Shown here: positions 1 to 12,800 of the stretch, piece by piece | Layout: every line of letters starts with the position of its first letter | Position numbering within the stretch: position 1 is the stretch's first letter | Assembly (NCBI RefSeq): GCF_030028105.1 | Contig: NC_092381.1 | Span: 86,000,958 to 86,064,957 of the forward strand | Direction: 5' to 3' | DNA: 64,000 nt | Source of the DNA: Mobula birostris | Lineage: Eukaryota | Program-made: the position numbers and the translations under genes | The notes under the pieces: model-generated | Databases searched by the model: none | Seen by the model: only the letters and a program-made list of their open reading frames with translations | What the model was told of the DNA's origin: nothing

Positions 1-690
1 TGATAAGATTATGAAAGGCATAGATAGAGTCAACAGGGAGTTTCTTTTTCCTAGAGTAGAAATACCTCATACCAGAGGGCATGCACAGAAGGTATGAGGG
101 GGTAGGCTCAAAGGGGATGTGAGGGGCAAGTTTTTTTTAACTCAGAGAGTAGTGGATTCCTGGAGTGCACTGCCTGGTATGGTGGTAGATGCAAATACAT
201 TAGAGGCTTTTAAGAGACATTCAGATAGGCACATGAGTATGAGGAAGATGGAGGGATATGGACATTGTGTAGGTAGGAGGGATTCGTTTTTGGCGATTTT
301 AAATTTACGTTTTAGCTGGTTCAGCATAACATTGTGGCCTGAAGGACCAGTACTTATGCTGTACTGTTCTATGTTCTATTGACAGTTCAAGTTAGGCATA
401 CAAAAAACAATCAACAGGCCATGCAACATCTGTGGAAGGATTAACAGCTCATGGTAAACTGTCAGAACAAAGGGTCCTGGACTTGGAGTGGAGGTAGCCA
501 AGTGGCGACCATGCGGAGGATAGACAAGGTGAATGGTCACAGTGTGTCCCAGGGAAAGACAGTCTAAAATTAGAGAGCATAGATTTAAGACAAGGGGAAA
601 CATCTAAAACGGGCCCAAAGGGCAAAAAAAAATGCTTAAATGTCCTTTGTAAAATGTTGTAATTGTACTCGGCCTCATCCATGCTGCATG
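1..690 (+). mobile_element. CR1 LINE 3'-end fragments (ORF2 C-terminus and 3' UTR)
   Basis: ORF 119-382 reads RGKFFLTQRVV..W.ALP..VV.A.TLEAFKRH.DRHM, a typical CR1 ORF2 C-terminus, and ends in a (GTTCTAT)-type tail near 380. A second decayed piece lies at about 500-690. Confidence 0.75.
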
Positions 691-835
691 ATGGACTTGA
701 AATATTAATGTTTTGCTCTCTACACAGATGATGTCAGACATGCTGAATGTTTCCAGCATGTTGTTTCAGATTCCCAGAATCTGATTTTTTTTATTTTCTT
801 GACAAAGGACTCATGAAGCATTAACACATCTAGAC

Positions 836-915
836 CAGGGTTCCCCATCCTTTTGTATGCCATGGACCCCAACCAGTGACCGAAAGGTCTGTGGACACTA
901 AGTTGGGAACCCCTG
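836..915. mobile_element. 80-bp hAT (Charlie-like) MITE
   Basis: Terminal inverted repeats CAGGGTTCCCCA / TTGGGAACCCCTG and a perfect 8-bp TSD ATCTAGAC (828-835 and 916-923). NTCTAGAN is the known Charlie-type target. Confidence 0.85.
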
Positions 916-1549
916 ATCTAGACCCTCTGCATTTCACAAAATTCATTTATTCTACAAGTCTTTCAAAAGTTAGAGTGGTGGTTAACTATGTACCCTCTGC
1001 AAAGAAGCTAACAGCATGGGTACAGAAGCAGCATGCCACCGACTTCCTCATAGCTCATTTGTTCTGTTGGAGTATGAGAGTAGTGATAGCAGTATTTTAA
1101 AAGTTACTCACCTTCTATCACCTTGATGATACAGGGCAAACATGCGCATCTTCCTAAACTCACATATTTTGGAATGGGTGAGAGGAACATGGCCATTTAG
1201 TGCTGCACAGCTGGATAGCACAGAAGGAATGGTAAAAAAGTGCCAAGCTTCTGACCGGAACAAACAAGCCACTAGCCAAATGTCTTAAACTTGCATAGAA
1301 ATATTAAGCAATGGATGATTTGACCCTGCTGAATTTGGACGTCGTCATCTCTAACGTGCTTTGGAAATTTAGAGCCTCATACAGAATTTCCTGGCATGCC
1401 AAAACTGAAAATGAATCAGCTTCATAACTGCAGATCAAAACTACTGCGTATTGAAAACATGTTTAACTGGTATTAACTGGATCTTGGAAGCGTTCAACCA
1501 AAGCTCGAGGAAGGTTGACTGGCTGGAACCTAGGACTGATCTTGTATTG

Positions 1550-1723
1550 CAGACATCCCACCTCTCCCAGAACTTCCGGGAGTCTCCCGCATATTAATAG
1601 TGGCTCCCTGATGCCCGCAAATTATATACAATATCACGGAAATCAAATTTTTTGAGAGCGAGCGAGAGAAAAGCAAGAGAGAGCGCGAGAGCGAGCGAGA
1701 GCACTTGAGTGCACGCGAGCGAC

Positions 1724-1768
<45 letters not shown>

Positions 1769-2116
1769 GAGGGCGCGCTATGGCAAAGTGTTCCAAAAAA
1801 ATATAAAACCTACGTCACCCCAGACTACACTAAAGCGTGTCCCTGCCTAATAGGGGTCAAAATAATGACAGTGTTGCTCACTGCACTGTTTGCAACAGTG
1901 ACTTTTCTATTGCCCATGGTGGGTTAAGACTGTAAAAGACATGTTGAGGTGAGTTTAACAGTGTCATTCGTTCATTAGCATAGCTAACATTATTTAAACT
2001 AGCTGGCCAGCTGCTAAGGAGCTACTCCATTGCAGACATCCCACCTCTCCTGGAAGTCTCCCGCAAATTGATGGTGCTACCTCTCTGAAATGAGTTTTTG
2101 CAGGGTGGGATGTCTG
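1550..2116. mobile_element. Non-autonomous DNA element (MITE) with 13-bp TIRs
   Basis: CAGACATCCCACC at 1550 and its reverse complement at 2104-2116; an internal copy of the left end at about 2033; CpG-rich with no ORF. No clean TSD. Confidence 0.6.
1653..1770. repeat. (GA)n / GAGC microsatellite inside the MITE
   Basis: Imperfect GAGC/GA run followed by a pure (GA)n tract at about 1727-1761. Confidence 0.9.
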
Positions 2117-2572
2117 TTATTGATTGGAGAGTTAAATTTCTACAGAGAAGTTGCATAATTACCTTCACAAGAAGGAAGGGAGAATAACTGCTCACACATA
2201 CACCCTGTCATTAAGCACACAGCAATGTTAGGAGAAATCTGGGGAGGAAGTTTATCTACCAGCTGGGTAAATTATAATCTGGCACCCAACAGAGAGAGAG
2301 AGAAAATGTGTGTTTATTCAAGTGCTAAAGATAAGTGTTTCCTGATAATCTGACTCAGTTAGCAAAATACAGATTCATGACTAATATTTTATTTTGCAGT
2401 TTGCTAGTCTAAGACATTTGGTGGTAAAAGTCAGCCAACAGGGGCTCATTTATGAAGTGAACAAAGTATTGGTTTCAATAGCTTAAAAGGTAAAGCAGCA
2501 ACGCACAAACTGGAGTTGAAGTACATTGCATCAGATCTTTCTTGTAAGGCAAGTAAGCAAGCAATCACTTAC

Positions 2573-2691
2573 TTTAAGTGATTCTAAGCAAGCACCGCAA
2601 CAATTCCCATCATTGTATGAAAAGAGCACCACTCAGAGTCTAAAGAAGTAATAGCATCCTTCCACGCTAAATGGTCTAGAACTACTGGCAT
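2573..2691 (-). CDS. Candidate alternative first coding exon of a minus-strand host gene (possibly RGL1), needing a +1 frameshift correction
   Basis: ATG at 2691 gives MPVVLDHLAWKDAITSLDSEWCSF. One extra T in the T4 run (+ strand A4 at 2620-2623) continues as SYNDGNCCGACLESLK into a phase-0 donor AAA|GTAAGT at 2572. CpGs are locally retained. Identity rests on synteny only. Confidence 0.3.
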
Positions 2692-5600
2692 ACGATGCTC
2701 GGAGACAGATTTGTAGCCAAATAACAGCTAATAGCGGATTAATGTTAACCAGTAAGTATAACTTGCCATTTATCTTGTGTAAACCTATTACCAATTACAG
2801 TGCACAAAAACAATAGGTTCAACACATTCAGAGCAATACATTACTGTCAATAACCTGTGAAAAACATAGTTATTTCCGTAGTTTTGTTATTGCACTGCCA
2901 AGCTGCTGGTAAAACATTTTCAACAGCTCTCTGGCATCAAAAACAAACACGACATACATTAAACAAAGGAAATAAAAAGTGGAAGTAAACTCAAAATGGA
3001 AGCAAAATATTTAGAGGTGCGATGGATATTCACTATACAGGGTTTGGGGGCCTTTTTGTGAAGCTTAGCTTTCTAACCTTGCAGCTGACACTTGTTTTTG
3101 AGTAGGTAAAACTTCCAATCAATACTCTTTCTTCAGCGTCTTGTTATAAATGGCAGCCAGTCTTCAGTTCTTAATGTAAAAGGCCAGCAATAATCAGTCT
3201 GAAGTTAAAAGGACAGCTTTGCAAACAACACTGTCTATAGAGCACAGGCTGATGGCCTACAGCTTGGGTCCGGTTGCAGTAAGACAAAGGGGTCATGTTA
3301 AGTGGCCTGTATCAAATCAGACAACACTGGCTAAGTTATTTAGTTCAAGGAAGCTTACAGACTAGATTGATTTTATCCCTTAGCACATCAAATAGCTGAT
3401 TGATCAACAGTTGGAAGCTTTATGTACTCAGAGAGTCAGCTTCACAGTATTAATTGTGGGTATTTGGGGTCCCTGTCCCCAGAAGCTTAAGACCATCTGT
3501 GTGGAAAAGAATCTGAAAAAATACCTCTGTGAAATCATCTAAGTGACAACAAAAAAGTATAAATGTAAGAGAGCGGTCAGGCTTGTTGGGACTGATCAAG
3601 GAAGAGCAACAAGAACGATAGAAAGACAGGATGAACTAGAATCCATTCATTTGCCATTGATTTATGCAACAAAATGACTGGTTAGCTCATTTGAATTGTA
3701 CCTGTGTTTTGGAAATACTCTATTTTAGAAATTGTTTGCAATTTGGAAATCTTTTATGAGATTTAAAACTCAGAGGTTATCTATGTTTTCCTTTATAAGA
3801 ATATTATCTAAATTTAAATGTGCATCTCTAAAAATAAGTAAACTGTGATTAAACTACTTTGTTAGATGGAAGCATCTCCTCCTGGGTAGGGAGGGAGGAC
3901 CTGCCACTGAAGTAGTGGGTATGGCAGCTTAACTTGCTGTGGAGGATAGACAGGGAAAACATCTAGCCTTTGAAGAGTAGGTGGCTACAGTATAACCTCC
4001 CTTTAGAGAGGGTACCCATAGTGATCTATAATTGGATAGGGCTTAAGAGCTTCATTTGAGTATCAAAATTTGCGGTCAGCAAACACAATGTCTACACAGA
4101 GGAAGAGACTGGTAGCGATAGTGGCACCCCAATACATATAGTTCTGCATCTTAAGCTATCAAGATGTCAACTATAAAGAGACTTTCTTAACTCTATCCCA
4201 AGCTGCTCATTTCAATGTTCAGTCACCTCTCAGACCATGTCTACTAGACAACGATAAAATTGCAGGAATATGCTGGTCGATTAAATAGTAAAACACTCTG
4301 AAATACTAAACAACAACTAATGAAAAAAATTGTTCTGAAGAGAAAATAAAATCAGACAAAGCATAGACAGAGATATTCCATGTACGTTTGTATGTTCTAA
4401 TTATCAATTCATATAAAATGAGCGAACTCGTTATCTATAGCTTCTACAATTTAAGGTCATAATATTTTCCCATGTTTTATAGGCTATTCAATGACTTAAC
4501 TTTGAGATACTGAATAAACCATAGAGTTCCAGACAAATGACATTTGACTAGACAAAAATCAATGCCACCAAATCTGTTCAATCTTTGTAAACCTCCTTTC
4601 AGCAGAGATCTCAAATATCTATGCAGTATTAAATCCACAAGCATTGCTGTGCATTTTTGAACACTAACCACTATTTCTACAACTGCATAAAATTGAAAAA
4701 AAAACAATGGTAACATATGATCAAATTCCCAAAACCAAACACAGTGGTCACCAAGCATTTTCATCAAAAACCACTCCAAAGGGTTTTGATTGTTTGAACT
4801 TCTCACTCGGCTTGTAATTCTGCTTTCATATTTGCTCTACTTTAACTACTGATGAAATTGATATATTAGTAAACCCACAATTCCAATAAAGCATCTCAAA
4901 AGCTTTATTGTTTGTGCCTTCAGAGAGGAATACATACTGTATTTACCACAAAATAGACAAGGAGCTTGAAACCCTTCACATTAGAATCAGTTAGGATCCA
5001 AAAGAGATCTGTTTGGCCAGATCCAGGTGCTAATAAACCTTTTATTGATGGGAACTGTTGGCCAACTATGGCTCGCAGGACAGGACATTCCTGAGTATCA
5101 AATCAATAGATTTGGGAACCACCAGTCACAGGTGCATTGATCAGATACTTTTGGACTTTACTTCTCACTTGACCACTGGATTTCAAAAAGACTCTCGGGT
5201 GAATACAGTCATGCTGAACCATGGGGCTAGACTGACTTTGTTTCTGGCCCCACAACCTTATACCAGCCAAGGCAGGCAGAGACAGCATTGCACTTGCTTG
5301 ATAATTGTAGAAAATATCTTTCCTAAACTGCCCCTTTAAACTTCAATTTTTAACCATTAAAATTAAAAAAACAAAAACTATTAATATTTGAAACTGTTGT
5401 CGTCCAATTACGACCAGAGATATTCACGTAAATGCACTTCAAATGCCTTTGACATTTTGAATCAAGCAGTCAATGGGCCATGAAGTGCAACAAAGAGAGA
5501 GCTGGGCATAGGAGTAGGGGCTGAATGGACCAGATCAAGTGTAATCCAGCTGATTAAGGATGGCATGTCATCATACCTTTCACAATTCTGCAGTCACACA

Positions 5601-6169
5601 AATTGTGGTGTTTCAGGAAAAACCGTATTAGTGCGTATCAGTCTCAATAGAATCGAGCTGCATTAAACAAGCTATTCCTTCCCAAGTGGAGGGTTTAAAA
5701 ATAAAACTGCACTGCAAATTGGAGCAATGCCATTTATTCACATGAATATCTGACATGTAGAAGCAACTGTCAGACAACCTATTGGTGATTGACATTTACA
5801 TTGTAGAAGCTATTGCACGGGAAATAATGCAGCACAAACCAGTCCTAGTTCAACTTGCAGGAGACAAACATATTAGCATCAAGTGCTGAATCAAACTCCG
5901 GACTTCAATTTTAAAGCCAACTCATGGAACACCCAATTGTGGGGAATAGGGAGTGACAGAAAATGACCAGTCTCCAATACTCAAGACTGACTGGCAGCTC
6001 AAGGTCCCCAGGTCAGACTTTGACATTAGTCATAATCCAATAACACTATTGTCATTTCAAACTCCAGCTTCCTAAAAGGAACCAATAGTAATCTCATTCA
6101 TGGGCACAGTGCCCAAGCCAAAAATGAAATAACCAAAATGATTAACTGTGTTCCAACATTTTTGGGTAT

Positions 6170-6440
6170 ACCATAATACCATAAGATACAGGAGCAGAAA
6201 ATTAGGCCATTTGGCCCATCGAGTCTGCTCCGCCACTTCCTCATGGCTGATCCATTTCCCTTTCAGCCACAGTCTCCTGCTTTCTCCCTGTAACTCTTCA
6301 TCCCTGACTATCAACCTCAACATACCCAATGACTTGGCCTACACAGCCACCAGTGGCAACAAATTCCAGAGATTTGCCATTCTCTGGCTAAAGAAATTCC
6401 TCCTCATCTCTGATCTAAATGGACATCCATCTAACCAGTT
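6170..6440 (-). mobile_element. CR1 LINE 3' fragment
   Basis: The reverse strand reads KWISHEEVAEQTRWAKWPN..., the same 3' end family as the copies at about 41.7 kb and 55.8 kb. Confidence 0.65.
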
Positions 6441-9433
6441 TTACTTGATGTGGTTTTGTTATCAACTTGCTATCCAGGCCATACAATTGCTGCAGCATCA
6501 TTTGAATGAACAGGCCCATCATCTGCATGAGGAGCAAGGAATAGTTTTAAATACAGTACCAGTACACAAACCTCGACACAGGTTTCCTGATACCGTGTGC
6601 CTGCATATTTATATATTCAAGCAGAACACACAAAGAAAAATAGTAGTCAAGAGGTCTCAGCTACTTGTTCTAAAGTTAGAGGTAAGGATCCATTTAAGGA
6701 ATAGGCCAAATGGCAGCAACACTCACAATTCCGATTTTGTTAATTTTTTTCCCCCGATGGTGACAGCCATTTCCTGTTGACAAAACAGACATCGGATGTC
6801 TCTTTTGTACATTTTCAATAAGGAGTGATGTTGAGTGTGGGATTCTAAAGCAACCCCTGTTTTGCATTGCTCAAGTCAGTGTGAGGGAAGACAAAGAAAT
6901 GCAAGCTCCAGACGTGTATCAGTGCAAAATATGTAACAGGGTCAGTCTGCTAATGATCTACACTCTCACCTAATCTCAGAAGCTTTTGCCAAACACTTAG
7001 TACCAATTGCAACTTGTTCCAAGTCATTGATCACATCAATGTAAGTTATTTACATCCCATGAAATGTTAGATGAAAATGAATTAAATAAAAGCTTGCACT
7101 CCATTACTCAATATTTCATTTTCATTTAAATACCATTAATAATTTAGTCTGGCCACTGGCACATAATCGACCAGTAGGTCAGAACCACCAAACTGGTTGG
7201 ATCCAGACAACACTTTCAACTTCACTTTGCTTCAGAGTCACATCAGCTAAATATGGAGGATTCATGATACATTCTTACTGACACTCAACTTGGCATATAT
7301 CTTATTCCAATTATAATACACTTCTGAAAAAAGCGTGTGACCAATTAAAAGAGAACACATACAAATAAAGTGCAAAATGGTGGCACTGATTATGAAAAAT
7401 GCAAACAACTTTCAAAATGCATAGTTGTAATAAACATCTGGCTGTAGAATTTAAAAAAAATACTCTGTACATATCCACTAATACATACTCACCAATATAG
7501 GAAAATATGCCATAGCTTTGGAACATAATTTTCATTTGCTTCATAAACCATTGTGAGAGGCAAGTACAGTTGATTTTGTGCAAGTCATTTTACAGATATA
7601 GCTAGGATCCATTAGATAGCCCAGTCTTCTTGTTTAAACCAGATTCTCCCTGGAATCACTAAGTGACTCAAAGCATGCAGTCTGCTCCACAATGGCTGTC
7701 ACGAGATTATGACACAGTGAAGTTCCAGAAAGGATGAAATTCCTTTTCCGATCTTAACTAGGAGATGTTCGGAAACAATTGATGGAAGTGAACTGCTGAG
7801 CTGGATTAATCTGCATCGTGCTCCCACACAGACTCTGTGACTCCTGCTCTGAAGGGGAAAAAAACAGCGTTGCAGTGCCAAAAAGCTACTTCATATTTTG
7901 AACAGCCTCTGATTTGATACAAGTACTTCTTTGTTGCTACAAGTCGACTCAAGACATCCAAGTAATCCTCAAGCCAAGTAAATCTTCAATGAGCTTCAAA
8001 ATAAAAATAAAGGTGTCCAAATTACACAAGCTGAAATCTCAGAATTCTGTTACAAATTCAAGGGAAGTGCAAAATCTAATAAGAAAACATTCTTAAGTGC
8101 CAGAGTCAATTTTGTGGTCTAAATTTGCAATTTTGCTGGAAAGTTCAGTATATGAAATGTGATTTTGGGTCTCCATTTATGATTCATAATGCAAAGATAT
8201 ACTTGTGAGTATATCACAGCCTTTACAGTCATATCACAACATTAAAATTGCATTGAATTAAACTATACTAGTAGAAACTAAACCAAAAATGACTCCAAAG
8301 TAGGGACTTTTCTTTTCCAGAAGTGGGAGGCAGGCAAAGGAGGGTTCAAGGCAATCCCTTACATTCATTTAATTAATACTTACACTGACAATATTGTAGA
8401 GGTGCTATGCTATGTAACTCTGATTCAGAAACTAATCAAAAGAGAAACATGGGAGTCTGGGTTTAACATGCCTACTTCAGTTTACTTTTGTGAGGCGTGC
8501 ACGTATGAGCACAGAGTGTACCATTCACGTACTTTTACATATAACCCATAATGAATTCTATAAACAATGAATGCTTCAAACAATATATTTACATTACTCA
8601 GATATTACTGAAATGCTAAATACACAACACTGCTTAGCTATAAACTTCAAACAAAATAGAATACATCTCAACATATTGTGGTGCTGGAGGTGTGGTCAGC
8701 AGCTCTCCCAAGCATTCCTAGCGGCCAATGCTACTTATTGTTCTTGCTTTTGAGATGTGTTTGTGGTGTGTGCGTTTGGTAGAATTATGGTGAGATGTTC
8801 CAAGTTCATTTATTTTAGCTTGGGTTATACAGTTACTCGCTTGTGTGCTGGTGTGCCACCCTGAACGTAAGCAGGGTGTGTAATAATCACCTCCCCCGTC
8901 TGAATGTGGCTGAGTCAGTTCTCACTGAGCAATTGTACCCTGTCTGTTATTGTGTTTGTCACAATAAAAATGGCAGCTGAGATAAACGAGCCTTTCTCAT
9001 CCGCCATCATGGACTGAACGCTCGCAACATTAGTACTGAGAGTGGGATGAGAAATGAATGGTGAAGTTGAAGAGCTGAGGGATGAGCAGGATGCCTGCCC
9101 TGCACCAGGCTCTCAAAGTCTCTCAAAGGTTGCTGACCCGGAGGGTGAATCTGGGAACCGAGCATCAGTCCTTCCCAGGGAACCCCGATGAGCAAGTGCA
9201 CGCGGGATCCACAACCCGGGGTGCACAGTGGTATGTGTCAGCAGCACCCCTCGCGGCCCACACTGGGGAACCCAAGATACCACAGCCATGGGAGAATGGG
9301 CAGTGCGGCAGGCACCAACGCCAGAGGAAGAGAAGGATCGATGGACTCCAGCAATTCACACCACAAGATCCACCCTGATGCTATCCAGATACAATGGTAC
9401 CAGCCGTCCGGAGCCTGACCTGGAGCAAGTCAA

Positions 9434-9889
9434 AGCAGCACTCACAACACGCTGGAGGAACTCAGCAGGTCAGGCAGCATCCGTGGAAATGATGAGTCGA
9501 CGTTTCAGGCCGGACACCTTCGTCAGGACTGTAGAGGGAAGGGGCAGAGGCCCTATAAAGACGTTGGGGGGGGGGGGGAGGGAGAGAAGGAAAAGGCTGG
9601 TAGGTTCCAGGTGAAAAACCAGTAAGGGGAAAGATAAAGGGGTGGGGGAGGGGAAGCAGGAAAGGTGAAGAAAGAATAGGGGAAAACACAATGAGTAGCG
9701 GGTCTGGGTGAGGATCCGGTCGAAGAGTTGGAGAGAGGCGGAGATCACAGAGGGGGAGCAGTGAGAGAGGGTCTCACTGAACTCCCGTCGAAGGGAAGAT
9801 TTAAACTTCTTCAGGGTAGGCATATCTCGAAGAGACTTCTCAGCGGAGTAGCGAATCGTAAACACAAAATACTCTTGCCAAAATACTCT
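9434..9889 (-). mobile_element. Mini (internally deleted) Penelope-like element inserted in the inner Gypsy gag
   Basis: AGTCAA flanks it on both sides (9428-9433, 9890-9895) and its removal restores gag ..QVKLAAWHNAW... It joins the PLE ORF start (MPTLKKFKSSLRREFSETLSHCSP, ATG at 9823) to the PLE 3' region; both parts match the 29.1-32.5 kb copy. Confidence 0.85.
9495..9530 (-). ncRNA. Minimal type I hammerhead ribozyme motif (PLE-associated)
   Basis: Minus strand AGUC-CUGACGA-AGG(UGUCCGG)CCU-GAAAC-GUC^GACU: complete core, 3-4 bp stem II, loopless palindromic ACGU stem III and 4-bp stem I. Activity untested. Confidence 0.75.
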
Positions 9890-12800
9890 AGTCAAGCTTG
9901 CCGCATGGCATAATGCGTGGAGTCTCATTGAGACAGCAGTGGAGGGGGATGTCCTCTTCCACCAGTGCTGGCTGAGCAGTGTGACTACAGGGCCCTCGAA
10001 GCAGCATTACAAGTTGAGGCCACTGGAGGAAGAACCAGGAGGCAGATAGCACTGTGTGGGAGAAAGCCTGGTGGGGTGTTCACAGCAGGTCTACCACCCA
10101 TTCCCTCCCAAGGAGAGCTTGCCCTCCACGCATTTGTAAAGGCGCTGAGGCCGGAGCGCCTTCAGCAGCACGTTCTCCTGACATCACCATCATCGCTGGC
10201 CGAGGTGCTGTCAGACGCGGAGATGGCAGAAGCAATTTTAGCCCGCAAGGCGTTCTGGCACCACCCCACATGCCGTGAGCCTGGGCCAGTGTGGACGAGG
10301 AGAAGCCAGTGAGACAAGTCCAACCAGTGCTGTGCTGGCCCCGCCGCATGCCACCAAGCCGACTCTGTTACTAGGTGGTGAAGACAGGCCATGTGCCCCG
10401 GAAATGCCCTGCACCAGAACCATGCCACAGCGCAGCCATGGGGAAATGCCAAATGGCTGGTGCTGCCCAAGACCTCCAGCAAAATCTCTCTGTTGTCGCT
10501 TCCTACTTGGGTGAAGATCAAAGCTAATACATAGACTTTGAGGTGGAAGGTGTCAGATGCCGTAAGTTGGTGGACATAGGGCCAACCAGCACCGTCATCC
10601 GCCCCTGTGTCCTCCCCAACACGCCTGGGTGGACAACGATGGCGGTTCTGCTGGCTACGGTCACCGGCGACTGTCCGGCAATGAGAGGGAAGAAGAGGCT
10701 GTGCCACAATGTGGGGAAAACACAGCAGAGCACCAGGTGTGGCTAGCCAGCATCTGGCACTTCTGCATCGATGTGCCAGGGGCAACACTCCACCTCAGCG
10801 CTGAAGCCGTGGCTCTCCGGCAGCGCAGCTCCAGGCGGGCACAGCAGCACACGCCGCCAGTCTCACAGCAGCCTACCCTGTAGCAGCCCAACGCAATGCA
10901 AAGTACCACACTGAAACCTGCAGTGGGGTGACACGCACCATCACCGGCCACCCTAGCACATCTGACCCTGCCCATCATCAGCAACTGCATCAGTGCAGCG
11001 TGACGCCATTGGCAGCACTACTGTGGTGCCCTCCAGTGAGAACACAGGCAGTGCAAGGGCTGTGGCAGCAGAGTATTGAGGGCTTGGATCAGGACCAGCA
11101 GTGGCAGCTGAAAGACATCTCGACATCTTCACAGACAGGGAGGAGGACTGCAGATGCACAGGGCTAGTCCAATGCTGGGGACACCCGGCCCTTCTGCCTA
11201 CAGACCCATCACCTGGCCCTCACCAAAGGTCAGGCAGCAGATCAAAGCGATGGCAGCAGTTGGTATCATCGAGCCCTCCAAAGCCCATGGACAGTCCCAA
11301 TGGAAGAAAGATGGGTCATGGTGGTTTGGCGTAGACTACCATCTCAATGCCGTGACCCAGAAGGGCTACCACACGCTGGTCTGAATTGATGATTCAGGTT
11401 TGTGGGTTTGAACTGGCTCAGCTCTCTCAATCTCCACAGCGGTTGCTAACACATCGATCTGGCCCAAGACTGCCTTCACCATTGGTCAAGGGCTTTGTCA
11501 CTTCCAGCTAATGCTGCTTGGCCATATGTAACCTCCTGGCCACATTCAGGAGACTGATCGAGAGGGTGCAGGCTCACATTCTGCGAAGTTACTGTGTCAT
11601 CTATTGGGACGATCTCCTTGTAAACGCCACCATCTTCTCGGTGAGCCTGCGCCTCAGTCGCGCAAGATGCTGCTTACTGCATTGTCAGACGAAATTCCTG
11701 AGGCGTATGGTGAGTGCAGGAGTGGTGATGGATCCTGAGATGGTGGTGGCAGTCAGGGAATGTCTCTGAGCTTCGCAGCTTCCTGGGGCTGGCAACGTAC
11801 CAACACCAGTTTATTAGGGACCTTGCCCCCATCGCCAGTTCCCTGCACCAGCTCATCGAGAAGGGGATGCCCTTCACCCGGGCTGACAGCTGTGCTGCCA
11901 CCTTCGACCAGCTCTGAGCTGCATCCACCCAGACCCCAGTGCTAGTGCACTCTGAACCAGCACGGCCTCCATTGTTGGCACAGACACCATCAACGGTGGG
12001 GGTGGGGGGGGGGGCCAGTGCGGTGCTGTCATAGGAGGGGGACTGATAAGAACGCATTATGTCGTACTTCAGCCCCGAACAGAACTATTGTGTCAGCCAC
12101 CGGGAGCTCATGGCATCGGTCCAGGCCCTCCGCCACTTCCACCCCGACCTCTGGTTGCCTGCTCCTGCTTCACAGGGATCATGTGTTGTCAACCTGGCTA
12201 TTGAGCTCTGATAGTCCTGAGGGACAGCCCCACGGTGGCAGCAGACTCTCCAGGACTGCAATTTCAAGGTACAGCTCCTCATCGGAAGGCACCAGAGCAA
12301 TGCTGATGCCCTCTCTCGCCGTCCCTGTGAAGCCACTGAGTGTCCCTACGGTCGCCACCTCGAAGAGCGGAGACAGGGGCAAGCAGCAGTGGCGATGCTT
12401 CAGGTGACAGATGGTGGTGAGGTAGACCTCCCAACCATTGACCACAGCAGCTGCTCAGGGATCAGGAAAGTAATCCCATGCCGGCCCGGGTGAGGGAATA
12501 GCTGAGCATGGAACGGCAGCTGGGACAGGGGTGGAGGTCTCTGTACTGGATCCAGAGGTCAAAGCCCTATACTCTTGATGGGGCGTGCCGGAGGTGCGCG
12601 ATGGGTTGCTGTTTCGGCGGTGGCAGTTTTCCGATGGCAACAGTTTTCCAATGGTTACAGACATCTCCTGCAGCTGGTGATCCCCCGGGGGCTCCGCTCC
12701 GCGGTGCTGCGGTCGGTGCGCGGGCTGGTGGGAGCTGGCCATTTCGGGGTTGCAAAGATGTTGGGCAAGCTGTGCGAACACTTCTGTTGGCCTGGGCGGA

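Noticed and set aside
6148-6780. 210-aa plus-strand ORF
   Set aside because: It starts at a non-ATG codon and runs antisense through a CR1 fragment into AT-rich DNA; no domain.
7311-7881. Minus-strand ORFs and a G|GTGAGT donor near 7490
   Set aside because: No homology recognised and no acceptor; phase 1 does not fit the expected host exon.
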